A DNA stretch of 60,651 nucleotides from Candidatus Saccharimonadales bacterium (lineage in GTDB: Bacteria; Patescibacteriota; Saccharimonadia; Saccharimonadales; UBA10212), in the NCBI GenBank assembly GCA_035480715.1, contig DATIHL010000011.1, forward strand, positions 80,722 through 141,372, given 5' to 3'. This document shows positions 11,036 to 20,877 of this stretch, piece after piece. Positions within the stretch are counted from its first letter, which is position 1; the number at the start of each line of letters is the position of its first letter. The notes under the pieces are model-generated. The model saw only the letters and a program-made list of their open reading frames with translations. It did no database searches and was not told the DNA's origin. The translations under genes were made by a program, and so were the position numbers.

Positions 11036-12217
11036 ATGGCAGAATTTGACCGCAGCAAGCCACACATTAACGTAGGCACCATGGGCCACGTCGACCACGG
11101 TAAAACTACACTGACAGCCGCTATTACGCATGTATTGGCAAAGAAGTTACCGAGTGATATCAACAAACCGGTAAAATACGATGAAATTGATAAAGCGCCC
11201 GAGGAAAAAGCTCGCGGCATTACTATTGCTACATCCCATCAGGAGTACGAAAGTGAGAAGCGACACTACGCGCACGTAGATATGCCCGGACACGCCGATT
11301 ACATCAAAAACATGATTACCGGCGCTGCCCAGATTGACGGTGCTATATTAGTTGTTTCTGCTGCTGATGGCCCAATGCCACAGACTCGCGAGCACGTTCT
11401 GCTGGCCAAACAGGTTGGCGTGCCCTCCATTGTGGTGTTCCTGAATAAAATGGATATTGCCGATCCCGAACTGGTGGAACTAGTAGAAGCCGATGTGCGC
11501 GATTTGCTCAAAAAATATGAATTTGACGAGAATGCGCCGATTATCAAAGGCTCGGCTGCCAAAGCCTTGGAAGGCGATGCTGCCAACGAAGAAACTATCA
11601 TGGAGTTGGTTAAGGCTATTGACGAGCACATCCCAGAGCCTAAGCGCGATCTGGATAAGCCGTTCATGATGGCTGTCGAAGACGTGTTTTCAATCAAAGG
11701 ACGCGGCACGGTTGCTACCGGCCGTATCGAAACCGGAATTGTAAAAGTTAACGACGAGGTAGAGATCGTTGGAATTCGTCCGACTAAGAAAGTAGTCGTT
11801 ACGGGTGTTGAGATGTTCAAGAAGAACTTACAGCAAGGCCAAGCCGGTGATAATGTTGGCATTTTACTGCGCGGAATCGAGCGTGACGACATTGAACGTG
11901 GCCAAGTTTTAGCCAAGCCTGGTTCTATTACCCCTCACACCGAATTTGACTCAGAAGTCTACATCCTTACTAAAGAAGAAGGCGGTCGTCACACACCATT
12001 TTTCAAGGGTTACAAACCGCAGTTTTACTTCCGTACAACTGACGTAACTGGTGAAGTTGAGTTGCCAGCGGACAAAGAAATGGTCATGCCAGGCGACACA
12101 GTGACATTTAAGGTTAAGCTGCTCGCACCGATTGCTATGGAACAAGGTGTCCGATTCGCTATCCGCGAAGGTGGCCGAACCGTCGGCGCCGGTGTCGTGA
12201 CTAAAATCGAGAAGTAA
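11036..12217 (+). CDS. tuf: Elongation factor Tu
   Basis: [34 protein letters not shown]. Confidence 0.99.
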   Translation: MAEFDRSKPHINVGTMGHVDHGKTTLTAAITHVLAKKLPSDINKPVKYDEIDKAPEEKARGITIATSHQEYESEKRHYAHVDMPGHADYIKNMITGAAQIDGAILVVSAADGPMPQTREHVLLAKQVGVPSIVVFLNKMDIADPELVELVEADVRDLLKKYEFDENAPIIKGSAAKALEGDAANEETIMELVKAIDEHIPEPKRDLDKPFMMAVEDVFSIKGRGTVATGRIETGIVKVNDEVEIVGIRPTKKVVVTGVEMFKKNLQQGQAGDNVGILLRGIERDDIERGQVLAKPGSITPHTEFDSEVYILTKEEGGRHTPFFKGYKPQFYFRTTDVTGEVELPADKEMVMPGDTVTFKVKLLAPIAMEQGVRFAIREGGRTVGAGVVTKIEK

Positions 12218-12218
12218 T

Positions 12219-12458
12219 ATGACTCAACTCGAGAGATCGCTACCTGAGATTCTAGAAGAAGCTGGAGTCATTTTGGATGGCGTAGAGGCGGGGCTTAAAG
12301 AAGTTAGCGAAGGTCTTGAACGGCAACGTGATGAGCTAGTAAGCCAACGCGATGAATTAGACGTAGCAATAGCAAATCTGCATGAAAGAGAGCATGTTCC
12401 ACTTCGTGGCACAGTAGAATTTTTAAGTCTTGGACGCCTCACGATCGGACAAATATAA
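12219..12458 (+). CDS. Hypothetical 79-aa acidic coiled-coil ORFan between tuf and rpsJ
   Basis: TAA-T-ATG after tuf; stop abuts the rpsJ ATG; QRDEL repeated at heptad spacing. Confidence 0.75.
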   Translation: MTQLERSLPEILEEAGVILDGVEAGLKEVSEGLERQRDELVSQRDELDVAIANLHEREHVPLRGTVEFLSLGRLTIGQI

Positions 12459-12791
12459 ATGGCCGATGCTAAAAAAGAACCAGAAGTTAAGCAACGGATT
12501 AGGATCCGTCTTAAGGCCTATGATCATAAGGTAATAGACCAGTCGGCTAAGCAGATTGTAGAGACAGCATTAAGAACTGGTGCTAATATATCTGGCCCGA
12601 TTCCGCTACCGACCAAGAAAAGTACCTTTACCGTTGTAAAAAGCCCGCACGTTTTTAAAAAAGGCCGAGAGCAATTCGAAATGCGCGTCCACAAGCGACT
12701 TATAGACATTACTGATCCAACACCTAAGACGATTGATTCACTGATGAATCTCTCGCTCCCAGCCGGCTGCGACGCCGAAATCAAGATGTAG
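12459..12791 (+). CDS. rpsJ: 30S ribosomal protein S10
   Basis: [32 protein letters not shown]. Confidence 0.99.
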   Translation: MADAKKEPEVKQRIRIRLKAYDHKVIDQSAKQIVETALRTGANISGPIPLPTKKSTFTVVKSPHVFKKGREQFEMRVHKRLIDITDPTPKTIDSLMNLSLPAGCDAEIKM

Positions 12792-12864
12792 CCTATGGCT
12801 GCAGAGGTACCACCTACTGCTCATGTAGAAGCACTATCTTCTATTATGTAATATTTACAGCAGA

Positions 12865-12894
12865 TTGACACTTATAACCAACCTATGATAATCT
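12865..12894 (+). promoter_or_regulatory. Promoter upstream of rplC
   Basis: TTGACA(12865)-18 nt-TAATCT(12889) with TG extension. Confidence 0.6.
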
Positions 12895-13022
12895 GTTATA
12901 GATACAGCAATTGGGGCTGCTTTTTGAGTTAGTTTGCAAAAAGCTCAAACCGCTCATAGTTAAAGTATCATCTCATATAGACCATATGAAATTAAACAGC
13001 ATTAGCGTAGAAGGAATCATAG

Positions 13023-13637
13023 GTGAAAGCCTTACTCACCCGAAAACTCGGTATGACCAACATCCTCGGCGACAACGGGGCTGCTATTGCTGTGACACTG
13101 CTTTCCGCTCAGCCTAATACGATTACACAGATTAAAACCGCAGAGACTGACGGCTACACCGCCGTCCAGGTTGGCTTTGAGAATAAGAAAAAAATCGGTA
13201 AGGCTCTAGCTGGTCATCTTAAGGCAGCCAAAGTAACTCCCAAGATTATCCGCGAATTTCGTATTACCAACGATGACTCCATAGAACAAAGTGTCGGCGA
13301 CCAAATTGTCGCCGATTCTTTTGAAGTTGGGGATGTTGTGCATGTAACTGGAGTTAGCAAGGGCAAAGGTTTTGCCGGCACAATCAAGAGGCACGGCTTT
13401 CACCGTGGACGCAAGACGCACGGTGGCCGCAGTTATCGACGACCCGGCTCCATCGGCTCTATGTACCCGCAGCGCATTTTCCCAGGCAAGAAAATGGCCG
13501 GACACATGGGGCACGAACAAGTTACTACCAAAAACTTGCGCATCGCCCTCGTCGATAACGAGCTGGGTGTAATCGGTATAGAAGGTGCAGTTCCAGGTCC
13601 AAAAAAGGGCCTGGTTTTGTTAAAGGGGACTAAATAA
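13023..13637 (+). CDS. rplC: 50S ribosomal protein L3
   Basis: KLGMT, DGYTAVQVG, SKGKGFAGTIKRH, PGKKMAGHMG. Confidence 0.99.
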   Translation: MKALLTRKLGMTNILGDNGAAIAVTLLSAQPNTITQIKTAETDGYTAVQVGFENKKKIGKALAGHLKAAKVTPKIIREFRITNDDSIEQSVGDQIVADSFEVGDVVHVTGVSKGKGFAGTIKRHGFHRGRKTHGGRSYRRPGSIGSMYPQRIFPGKKMAGHMGHEQVTTKNLRIALVDNELGVIGIEGAVPGPKKGLVLLKGTK

Positions 13638-14278
13638 TGGCTGTTCAAACTTATACAAAAGCTGGCGCTAAAGCCACCGCACCAGCTAAGCTCGACAAAG
13701 CCGTTTTTGGCCTGAAAGTTGATAATCACCAGCTGCTTAAGGACGCTTATCTAGCTCATCTGGCCAATGGTAGGGATAATTTTGCTAAAACCCTAAAGCG
13801 CGGTGAAGTGCGCGGTGGCGGCCAGAAGCCTTGGCGTCAAAAAGGTACAGGCAGAGCACGATTTGGCTCCAGCCGTAATCCGATATGGACGGGCGGCGGC
13901 GTAGCCTTTGGCCCGACAGGATCTGAGAATTATTCCCGCAAAATCAGCACTAAAGCTAAGCGACAAGCTTTAAAGCAAGCTTTATCTATTGCTGCAAGCG
14001 AAGAACGTGTCAAAATCATCGAAACATTCGATTGTCCCGATGGTAAAGTCAAACCAACTATTAATCTACTGAAGAAAGTTGGTGCGGAAGGGTCGGTTTT
14101 GTTGGTCGTTTCTGTTAAAGATGAGCTAGTGGAACGCTCAACTCGAAATCTGCCAGATATCAAAGCGATCCAGTCAAATTATTTAACTGTTTACGACATC
14201 CTCAACGCAGACACCGTTGTTATTAGTAAAAAGGCATTAGAATCGATCCAGCAATGGTTAGGTGGCAAGAATGAATAA
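13637..14278 (+). CDS. rplD: 50S ribosomal protein L4
   Basis: RGGGQKPWRQKGTGRARFGS. Confidence 0.99.
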   Translation: MAVQTYTKAGAKATAPAKLDKAVFGLKVDNHQLLKDAYLAHLANGRDNFAKTLKRGEVRGGGQKPWRQKGTGRARFGSSRNPIWTGGGVAFGPTGSENYSRKISTKAKRQALKQALSIAASEERVKIIETFDCPDGKVKPTINLLKKVGAEGSVLLVVSVKDELVERSTRNLPDIKAIQSNYLTVYDILNADTVVISKKALESIQQWLGGKNE

Positions 14279-14606
14279 AATCGCTCTTTTAAAGCCCCGT
14301 TTAAGCGAAAAGGCTTACGCTCTGAGCGAAGAGCGTAATACTTACGTCTTTGATGTGTCGGCCGATCTCAATCGTCATGCCGTAGCTAAAGCTGTTGCTG
14401 CTCAATATGAAGTTTCAGTAGAGTCCGTCAGAATTGCCGCCCAGCCTGGTAAAAACAAGCGGACTTACCAACGCAAAGGCAGAATTGTACATCGTGGTCA
14501 AAGTTCGCCTGTACGCAAAGCCTATGTGCGACTAAAAGAGGGCGACAAATTACCAATTTTTGCAGCAGTTGAAGAAGCTTCTAAAGCCGAAAAGGAGGCC
14601 AAATAA
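14271..14606 (+). CDS. rplW: 50S ribosomal protein L23
   Basis: PRLSEKA, YVFDV, KAYVRL; operon position. Confidence 0.97.
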   Translation: MNKIALLKPRLSEKAYALSEERNTYVFDVSADLNRHAVAKAVAAQYEVSVESVRIAAQPGKNKRTYQRKGRIVHRGQSSPVRKAYVRLKEGDKLPIFAAVEEASKAEKEAK

Positions 14607-15442
14607 TGGCCATACGCGTCCATAATCCAACGACCCCCGGTCGCAGAGGGATGACCAGCCAGGACTTTGCCGATATTACTACTAAAAAACCTCTAAAAAG
14701 CCTAATTAAGATCAGAAAAGGCGCAGTCGGGCGCAATAATGCCGGTAGAATTACTACTCGCCATCGTGGTTCTGGAGTTCGACGTTACTACCGTGACGTT
14801 AACTTCAAATTAGCTGCGAATTCCGAGGCTACTGTCGAGCAAATAGAATATGATCCAAATCGCAGCGCCCGAATCGCTCGTATTAAAGATCAAAATGGCA
14901 ATTATCATTATATTTTGGCAACTAAAGGTATGAAACCCGGTTCTAAATTGGTAGTCCAAGAAGAAGCCTCTATCGAAAACGGCAATCGCCTGCCACTCAA
15001 AAATATTCCGGCTGGTACCGTTATCCATGCAGTTGAACTTCAAGCGGGCAAAGGCGCACAGCTAGCTAGGACAGCCGGCTCGAGCGCTCAACTAGTCGCT
15101 AAAGAAGAGAATTATGCCCAGATAAGGCTGCCTAGCGGAGAAGTCCGCCTGGTAAGTGTTGAATGCATGGCTTCGGTTGGTACTGTGGGTAACGAGCAGC
15201 ACCAAAATGTGCAGATCGGTAAGGCCGGGCGCAAACGGCGTATGGGTATTCGACCAACAGTGCGCGGTGTAGTGATGGCTGCGGCCGATCACCCGCATGG
15301 CGGTGGCGACGGCGGACGCCACAGGATGGGCCGCCCCCCAACAACCCCGTGGGGCCAAAAGACATTAGGATATAAGACGCGTCGTCGAAAAGCGGGGGCT
15401 AAATTTATAGTCCGTACCCGTCATCAAGGAAAGAGGAGATAG
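14606..15442 (+). CDS. rplB: 50S ribosomal protein L2
   Basis: PTTPGRR, IEYDPNRSA, RPTVRG, DHPHGGG. Confidence 0.99.
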   Translation: MAIRVHNPTTPGRRGMTSQDFADITTKKPLKSLIKIRKGAVGRNNAGRITTRHRGSGVRRYYRDVNFKLAANSEATVEQIEYDPNRSARIARIKDQNGNYHYILATKGMKPGSKLVVQEEASIENGNRLPLKNIPAGTVIHAVELQAGKGAQLARTAGSSAQLVAKEENYAQIRLPSGEVRLVSVECMASVGTVGNEQHQNVQIGKAGRKRRMGIRPTVRGVVMAAADHPHGGGDGGRHRMGRPPTTPWGQKTLGYKTRRRKAGAKFIVRTRHQGKRR

Positions 15443-15444
15443 AT

Positions 15445-15762
15445 ATGTTTTTCAATAGATATCCACCGCAAGAACGAGGCGACGTTTTATTTTCTCCCTT
15501 TGAGAAATCCGTTTTGAAATTTACGCCTTCAGAGTTACGCAGATTAAGAATCATAGATTTTGCAACTTTTGCCGGCGACACCGTCGCTAACTCGCTTTCG
15601 TCGTATGATTATGCCCAGCTACAAGAAGTCGGGCATGGTTTGTCAGATGATTTAGGACTATCCGGTGAAGAGGCAGGTTTATTCAAAGGTAGCTTCCTCG
15701 CACTCGACAATGTCTCAGCTACTGCAGTTAATTTAGAGCAGGAGAGGCTGCCATATGAGTAG
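15445..15762 (+). CDS. Hypothetical 105-aa acidic ORFan between rplB and rpsS
   Basis: ATG 2 nt after the rplB stop with GAGGAG upstream; stop overlaps the rpsS ATG by 8 nt. Confidence 0.75.
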   Translation: MFFNRYPPQERGDVLFSPFEKSVLKFTPSELRRLRIIDFATFAGDTVANSLSSYDYAQLQEVGHGLSDDLGLSGEEAGLFKGSFLALDNVSATAVNLEQERLPYE

Positions 15763-16051
15763 ATCACTTAAAAAAGGACCTTTTGTGGATCCAAAACTAG
15801 CCAAAAAAGTCGCGGCACTTGGTGCCGAAGATCGGACAGTAATTCGGACATGGGCCAGAGGGTCAACTATCCCCCCGGAATTTGTCGGTCGAACAATCGC
15901 CGTACATAACGGTAAAGTCCACATTCCGGTATTTGTTACCGAGAATATGGTCGGCCACAAGCTGGGTGAGTTCGCGCCGACGCGCAAATTCCGTGGACAC
16001 GGTGGTAAATTGGCTAGATCGCAAGAATCAACTGAGGGAGCAAGAGGTTAA
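15755..16051 (+). CDS. rpsS: 30S ribosomal protein S19
   Basis: [25 protein letters not shown]. Confidence 0.99.
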   Translation: MSRSLKKGPFVDPKLAKKVAALGAEDRTVIRTWARGSTIPPEFVGRTIAVHNGKVHIPVFVTENMVGHKLGEFAPTRKFRGHGGKLARSQESTEGARG

Positions 16052-16053
16052 AT

Positions 16054-16437
16054 ATGGGGGCACAGGCAATTAGTAAAGGCATTCGTATGAGTCCGCGCAA
16101 AGTTAGCGTGGTCGCTGCTTTAGTGCGTGGCCGCAGCGTGTCTGACGCATTGACAATTCTTGAGCACACTCCGCGCCGATCGGCTGACCCTGTTCGAAAA
16201 GCTGTACTGAGCGCTAAGGCTAACGCCGAACACAACCATAGTTTTAAACCGGACACTCTTTATATTTCGACTATATCTGTTACGTCCGGTCCGCAATTTA
16301 AGCGCTACCGCGCGGCAGCGCGTGGCCGAGCCCTAAGATTTGCCCGGAGAACCAGCCACATTAAAGTTGTTGTTGATGGCGAGAAGCGCCAATCAAAGAA
16401 GACAGCTGCCAAGCCGGCTGAGAAGGAGAACAAATAA
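16054..16437 (+). CDS. rplV: 50S ribosomal protein L22
   Basis: RMSPRKV, SAKANAEHN, ARGRA, RTSHIKV. Confidence 0.99.
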   Translation: MGAQAISKGIRMSPRKVSVVAALVRGRSVSDALTILEHTPRRSADPVRKAVLSAKANAEHNHSFKPDTLYISTISVTSGPQFKRYRAAARGRALRFARRTSHIKVVVDGEKRQSKKTAAKPAEKENK

Positions 16438-16637
16438 TGGACCCCGAATTTTATACATATGATGAAAATGGCGATGTTATTAGAAACCCAGACTACATAA
16501 CAGAGTGGGTTTATCACCCCGATGCAATTGTTCTCGGTTCAGCTGGTGTTCTTCGCGAACTGCGAGAAGATGTTGACCGTGAGATTGAAGTAGCGTTAGG
16601 AGAAAAAGATTATACGGCGTTTCAGGGGGACCATTAA
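16437..16637 (+). CDS. Hypothetical 66-aa very acidic ORFan after rplV
   Basis: TAATG overlap with the rplV stop; AAGGAG SD upstream. Confidence 0.7.
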   Translation: MDPEFYTYDENGDVIRNPDYITEWVYHPDAIVLGSAGVLRELREDVDREIEVALGEKDYTAFQGDH

Positions 16638-16665
16638 TATGCATAATTTTAGGGAAAAGAGCAGC

Positions 16666-16737
16666 CCGACAAAATGTATTCCATTTTGCCGGCGCGATGA
16701 GGAAAACCGTAGGTTGTCCTCATACGCCCGGAGGGCG
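16666..16737. repeat. Triple-hairpin palindromic (REP-like) element within a 34-aa bridging micro-ORF (16639-16743)
   Basis: Stems 16666-16692, 16697-16723 (GTA loop) and 16725-16737 (GGA loop). Confidence 0.6.
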
Positions 16738-16742
16738 AAGTA

Positions 16743-17372
16743 ATGGGTCAAAAAGTAAATCCGATCAGCATGAGGTTGCAGGTCAATAAGGATTGGCGCA
16801 GCAAATGGTTTGCTGGTAAGAAAGACTATGCCAATTATCTAAAACAGGACTTGACCGCTCGTAGGTTAATCGATCAAAAGCTTGGTACTAGAGCTGCGAT
16901 CAACAAGGTAGATATTGAGCGCTCGCCAAATTTGGTGACCGTTACTATCCAAACTGCCAAAGCCGGCGTAGTAATCGGCCGAGGCGGCGCCGGCGCGTCT
17001 GAGCTTAAAGTCGATATAGAGAAAATTTACGGCGTACCTGTCAGAGTTAACATAGAGGAAATTAAACGTGCTGAGCTTCAGGCTAAACTGGTCGCCGAGA
17101 ATATTGCCCACCAGCTGGAGCGCCGTATAGCTTTCAGGCGAGCGGTAAAACAAGCTGCGGCGGCAGCCATGCGATCGGGCGCCAAAGGAGTGCGTATCGA
17201 AGTGGCCGGTCGTTTAGGCGGCAATGAGATGAGCCGCCGCGAAAAGGAAGTTCAAGGCAGTGTGCCTCTTCATACCTTGCGAGCTGATGTGGACTATGGC
17301 AGCGCCCGTGCGCTTTACCCTGGCGCCGGAATTATAGGCATAAAAGTCTGGATTTATAGGGGAGAAAGCTAA
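16743..17372 (+). CDS. rpsC: 30S ribosomal protein S3
   Basis: [24 protein letters not shown]. Confidence 0.99.
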   Translation: MGQKVNPISMRLQVNKDWRSKWFAGKKDYANYLKQDLTARRLIDQKLGTRAAINKVDIERSPNLVTVTIQTAKAGVVIGRGGAGASELKVDIEKIYGVPVRVNIEEIKRAELQAKLVAENIAHQLERRIAFRRAVKQAAAAAMRSGAKGVRIEVAGRLGGNEMSRREKEVQGSVPLHTLRADVDYGSARALYPGAGIIGIKVWIYRGES

Positions 17373-17373
17373 A

Positions 17374-17790
17374 ATGTTAATGCCTAGTCGTACCAAATTC
17401 CGGAAAGTCAGAAAGGGCCGTATCCACGGTGGCGTAGCTACGTCACTAAATGAGCTGGCTTATGGAGCCTATGGCTTGGCTAGCCAGGACTCAGACCGTA
17501 TCAGCAGTCGCCAAATCGAGGCGGCCCGCCAAGCTATGACTCGTTATGTTAAACGCGGCGGCCAGATTTGGATCAGGATCTTTCCCCACACACCCGTAAC
17601 CAAGAAGCCGCAAGACGTAAAGATGGGCAGAGGTAAAGGAAATCCAGAATTTTTTGTGGCTAAAGTAAAGCCCGGCTCGATAATGTTCGAAATGGACGGT
17701 GTGTCCGAAGAGGTAGCACGTGAAGCCATGCGTCTAGCAGGCCATAAGCTGCCTGTACAAACAGCCTTTGTGGTCAAAAAGGAGCAATAA
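17374..17790 (+). CDS. rplP: 50S ribosomal protein L16
   Basis: QIEAAR, WIRIFP, MGRGKG. Confidence 0.99.
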   Translation: MLMPSRTKFRKVRKGRIHGGVATSLNELAYGAYGLASQDSDRISSRQIEAARQAMTRYVKRGGQIWIRIFPHTPVTKKPQDVKMGRGKGNPEFFVAKVKPGSIMFEMDGVSEEVAREAMRLAGHKLPVQTAFVVKKEQ

Positions 17791-17996
17791 TGATGAAAGT
17801 GGCTGATATTCGTAAACTGACAACCGAAGAGCTGGCTAACCAAAGTACATCTTTGCGTGAAGAAATTACCGAACTTAGACGCCGACTTTATAGCGGTGAA
17901 GTCCAAAACGTGCGCTCCTTGCGGGGTAAACGCAAAGATCTAGCACGGATGCTAACGGTTTTGGGCGAGCAACTGGCTAAGGAGGACATATCGTGA
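17790..17996 (+). CDS. rpmC: 50S ribosomal protein L29
   Basis: Operon position; RKDLARMLT. Confidence 0.95.
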   Translation: MMKVADIRKLTTEELANQSTSLREEITELRRRLYSGEVQNVRSLRGKRKDLARMLTVLGEQLAKEDIS

Positions 17997-18379
17997 GTCG
18001 TATAATTACCGGTCGAGTTTCTAGTGATAAGGCCGACAAGACCATTGTTGTGCGTGTAGAAATTCGTAAAACTCATCCGATTTACCGCAAGCAATATATG
18101 CGCGACCGCAAATTTATGGCCCACGACGAGAAGAATGAGGCTAAGGTAGGCGATCTAGTGACAATCCGCGAATCCCGACCCCTGAGCGCTAACAAAAGAT
18201 TTAGTCTAGATAAGATTCTGGAACGCGCACAGGCTGGCTTCGTAGAGACAGACACCACAGCCGACGTGCCGATTGAGGAGCTCGAGAAAAAAGAGGAGCC
18301 TAAGGTTCAACCTAAGCCTAAAGAAACAATCAAGAAGGCAGAACCTGAAGAAGAAACTGAGTCAGAGGAAAAACAATGA
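17993..18379 (+). CDS. rpsQ: 30S ribosomal protein S17 with acidic C-terminal tail
   Basis: [25 protein letters not shown]. Confidence 0.98.
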   Translation: MSRIITGRVSSDKADKTIVVRVEIRKTHPIYRKQYMRDRKFMAHDEKNEAKVGDLVTIRESRPLSANKRFSLDKILERAQAGFVETDTTADVPIEELEKKEEPKVQPKPKETIKKAEPEEETESEEKQ

Positions 18380-18747
18380 TACAGCAAGAGACACGGCTAG
18401 TTGCAGCCGATAATAGTGGCGCCCGCACAATTCAGTGCATACGGGTGTTAGGTGGTTCACGCCGCCGCTACGCCCGTGTTGGCGATATTATAGTGGCCAG
18501 CGTCAAAACGGCTAATCCGGCTGGTGGCGTTAAACGAAAAAGTATCGTCAGGGCTGTTATTGTCCGCACCAAAAATCCCATCAAGCGCAGCGACGGATCG
18601 TTAATAAGCTTTGATGATAATGCGGCTGTAGTTTTAGCCGAAGACGACAAAACGCCGCGCGGTACTCGCATATTTGGCCCAGTGCCCAGAGAGCTGCGCG
18701 AAAGAGGCTTTAGCCGTATCATTTCGCTGGCCCCGGAGGTTCTATAG
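18376..18747 (+). CDS. rplN: 50S ribosomal protein L14
   Basis: [27 protein letters not shown]. Confidence 0.99.
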   Translation: MIQQETRLVAADNSGARTIQCIRVLGGSRRRYARVGDIIVASVKTANPAGGVKRKSIVRAVIVRTKNPIKRSDGSLISFDDNAAVVLAEDDKTPRGTRIFGPVPRELRERGFSRIISLAPEVL

Positions 18748-18749
18748 TC

Positions 18750-19082
18750 ATGAGTAAAGCAGTATATAAAATTAGGCTGAAAAAAGGCGACACGGTGATG
18801 GTCCGCTCCGGCAAACATAAAGGCCACAGCGGCAAAATCCTAGATGTCCACCCAAAGCTGAATAAAGTGACCATTGAGGGGATTAATGTTGTCAAACGGC
18901 ACTTTAAGCCCACTAGGACAAATCCTCGGGGCGGTATAGTCGAGCTTACCAAGCCAATATGGGTGAGCAAGGTGGGTGTTTTGGACTCTACAGCTAAAAA
19001 ACCTTCAAAAATTACCTATAAGGCTGATAAGGCGGGCAAAAAAGTTCGCATCATGAAGTCGAGCGGGAAGGAGATCAAGTAA
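18750..19082 (+). CDS. rplX: 50S ribosomal protein L24
   Basis: KKGDTV..SGKHKG KOW motif, EGIN. Confidence 0.98.
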   Translation: MSKAVYKIRLKKGDTVMVRSGKHKGHSGKILDVHPKLNKVTIEGINVVKRHFKPTRTNPRGGIVELTKPIWVSKVGVLDSTAKKPSKITYKADKAGKKVRIMKSSGKEIK

Positions 19083-19651
19083 TGGCAACCGCTACTATCA
19101 CCATGCCTAGACTTAAAAGTCTCTACCGCGATAAATATTCTAACGAGCTGAAGGATGAGCTCAAACTTGTTAATATTAACCAAGTACCCAAACTCGAAAA
19201 AATCGTTATTAATGTTGGCCTAGGCCGTGCTAAGGACGAAAAGCGTCTTTTGGAAGTCGCCGCCAATACTCTGCGTAAAATATCCGGGCAGCAACCAATC
19301 GAAACGACCGCCAAAGGTTCCATCGCCAGCTTTAAGCTGCGCGAAGGCAGTAAAATCGGGCTGAAGGCGACGCTCAGAGGTGATAGAATGTACGAATTTG
19401 CCGATAGACTAATCAATCTTGTGCTGCCAAGATTACGCGATTTTCACGGCGTTAGTGTAAAATCATTCGACAGGCAAGGTAACTACAGCGTTGGCCTAAC
19501 CGACCAGTCGGTTTTCCCCGAATTGTCGTTCGAGGATACAGCCACGTCGCACGGCTTGCAGGTAGTATTTGTGATAAGCGGGCAGAACCCCGAGCATTCA
19601 AGAGCATTGCTCGAGAAGTTGGGACTGCCTTTCGAAAAGGAGCAAAAGTAA
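19082..19651 (+). CDS. rplE: 50S ribosomal protein L5
   Basis: [27 protein letters not shown]. Confidence 0.99.
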   Translation: MATATITMPRLKSLYRDKYSNELKDELKLVNINQVPKLEKIVINVGLGRAKDEKRLLEVAANTLRKISGQQPIETTAKGSIASFKLREGSKIGLKATLRGDRMYEFADRLINLVLPRLRDFHGVSVKSFDRQGNYSVGLTDQSVFPELSFEDTATSHGLQVVFVISGQNPEHSRALLEKLGLPFEKEQK

Positions 19652-19920
19652 TGGCCAAAAAATCGAATTTAGCCAGAGACGCCAAGCGTCACAAGATGTA
19701 TTTGAAATACGCTGCCAAGCGGGCAGAGCTTAAAGCCGCCGGCGATCTTGAAGGACTAGCAATGCTACCGCGCAATTCAAGCCCTACCAGGCGCAAAAAC
19801 CGTGATCCAATAACTGGCAGACCCAGAGGTTATATGCGCCAATTCGGTCTTTCACGTATTACATTTAGAGAGCACGCATCCAAAGGTGAAATCCCTGGCG
19901 TGACCAAGAGTAGTTGGTAG
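19651..19920 (+). CDS. rpsN: 30S ribosomal protein S14 (89-aa, Zn-free type)
   Basis: [26 protein letters not shown]; no Cys. Confidence 0.98.
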   Translation: MAKKSNLARDAKRHKMYLKYAAKRAELKAAGDLEGLAMLPRNSSPTRRKNRDPITGRPRGYMRQFGLSRITFREHASKGEIPGVTKSSW

Positions 19921-19930
19921 AGGAAAAATT

Positions 19931-20326
19931 ATGGTATCCACCGATCCCATCAGCGACATGTTAACTCGCGTTAGAAATGCCATCCTGATCAATAAAAATC
20001 AGGTTAGTCTGCCGTACTCAAAAATTAAAGAAGATGTGGCGCAAATTCTAGTTAGTAGCGGTTTTCTAAAATCAGCTAATGTCACCGAGGAAGGCATAAA
20101 CAAAACCCTTAACATCGAAATTGCTGACGCTGATCAGCCGGCCGTTATAACTGAGATAAAACGCCTGAGCAGTCCTGGCAGGCGCGTTTATGTGCAGTCA
20201 AAGGAAATACCTAAAGTCAAACGCGGCCGCGGAATCGTGATTGTATCGACCTCGCAAGGCGTGATGGCTGGTGCAGATGCCAAGGCTAAAAAGCTCGGCG
20301 GTGAACTAATATGCGAGGTTTATTAG
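19931..20326 (+). CDS. rpsH: 30S ribosomal protein S8
   Basis: DPISDMLTRVRNA, SPGRRVY, GGELICEVY. Confidence 0.99.
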   Translation: MVSTDPISDMLTRVRNAILINKNQVSLPYSKIKEDVAQILVSSGFLKSANVTEEGINKTLNIEIADADQPAVITEIKRLSSPGRRVYVQSKEIPKVKRGRGIVIVSTSQGVMAGADAKAKKLGGELICEVY

Positions 20327-20334
20327 GAGAAGCT

Positions 20335-20877
20335 ATGAGTCGTATAGGCAAACAACCCGTCGAACTACCAAGCGGAGTTACTTTGACAGTAGAGAAAGAT
20401 GTCGTAACGGCAAATGGCCCCAAAGGTAGCCTGCAGCAATTTACCATACCTGGTATTAAAATCGAGTCTAGCGATAACAGCGTTCAAGTTACTCGCAGTA
20501 GTGATGAACCTACGCTCAGAGCTAAACACGGGCTGATGCGCTCATTGGTCCAAAACATGGTAACTGGTGTCAGCCAAGGCTTTGAGCGCAAATTGGAACT
20601 TAACGGAGTAGGCTATCGAGTTTCGGCTCAGGGACAAGACCTTAAACTTAATCTTGGCTTTTCCCACGAGGTTGTTTATAAAGTACAGCCCGGCGTTCAG
20701 GTGTCGGTCGAGCTGAACATCATAACCGTCAGCGGCAACAGCAAGCAACAAGTTGGCCAAGTAGCGGCTGAAATCAGAGCACTCAAGAAACCAGAGCCCT
20801 ATAAAGGCAAAGGCATCAAATATGTTGACGAGCAGATTATTCGCAAGAGCGGTAAGAGCGGTAAGGAAACAGCCTAA
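20335..20877 (+). CDS. rplF: 50S ribosomal protein L6
   Basis: MSRIGKQP, GVGYR, PEPYKGKGIKY. Confidence 0.99.
   Translation: MSRIGKQPVELPSGVTLTVEKDVVTANGPKGSLQQFTIPGIKIESSDNSVQVTRSSDEPTLRAKHGLMRSLVQNMVTGVSQGFERKLELNGVGYRVSAQGQDLKLNLGFSHEVVYKVQPGVQVSVELNIITVSGNSKQQVGQVAAEIRALKKPEPYKGKGIKYVDEQIIRKSGKSGKETA

Noticed and set aside
12911..13117. 68-aa ORF upstream of and overlapping rplC
   Set aside because: TTG start in the leader and a 95-nt out-of-frame overlap with rplC; better explained as leader RNA.
3884..16743. Interstitial segments as introns, inteins or homing endonucleases
   Set aside because: Flanking genes are complete with their own starts and stops; no LAGLIDADG, GIY-YIG, HNH or splice-junction motifs seen.
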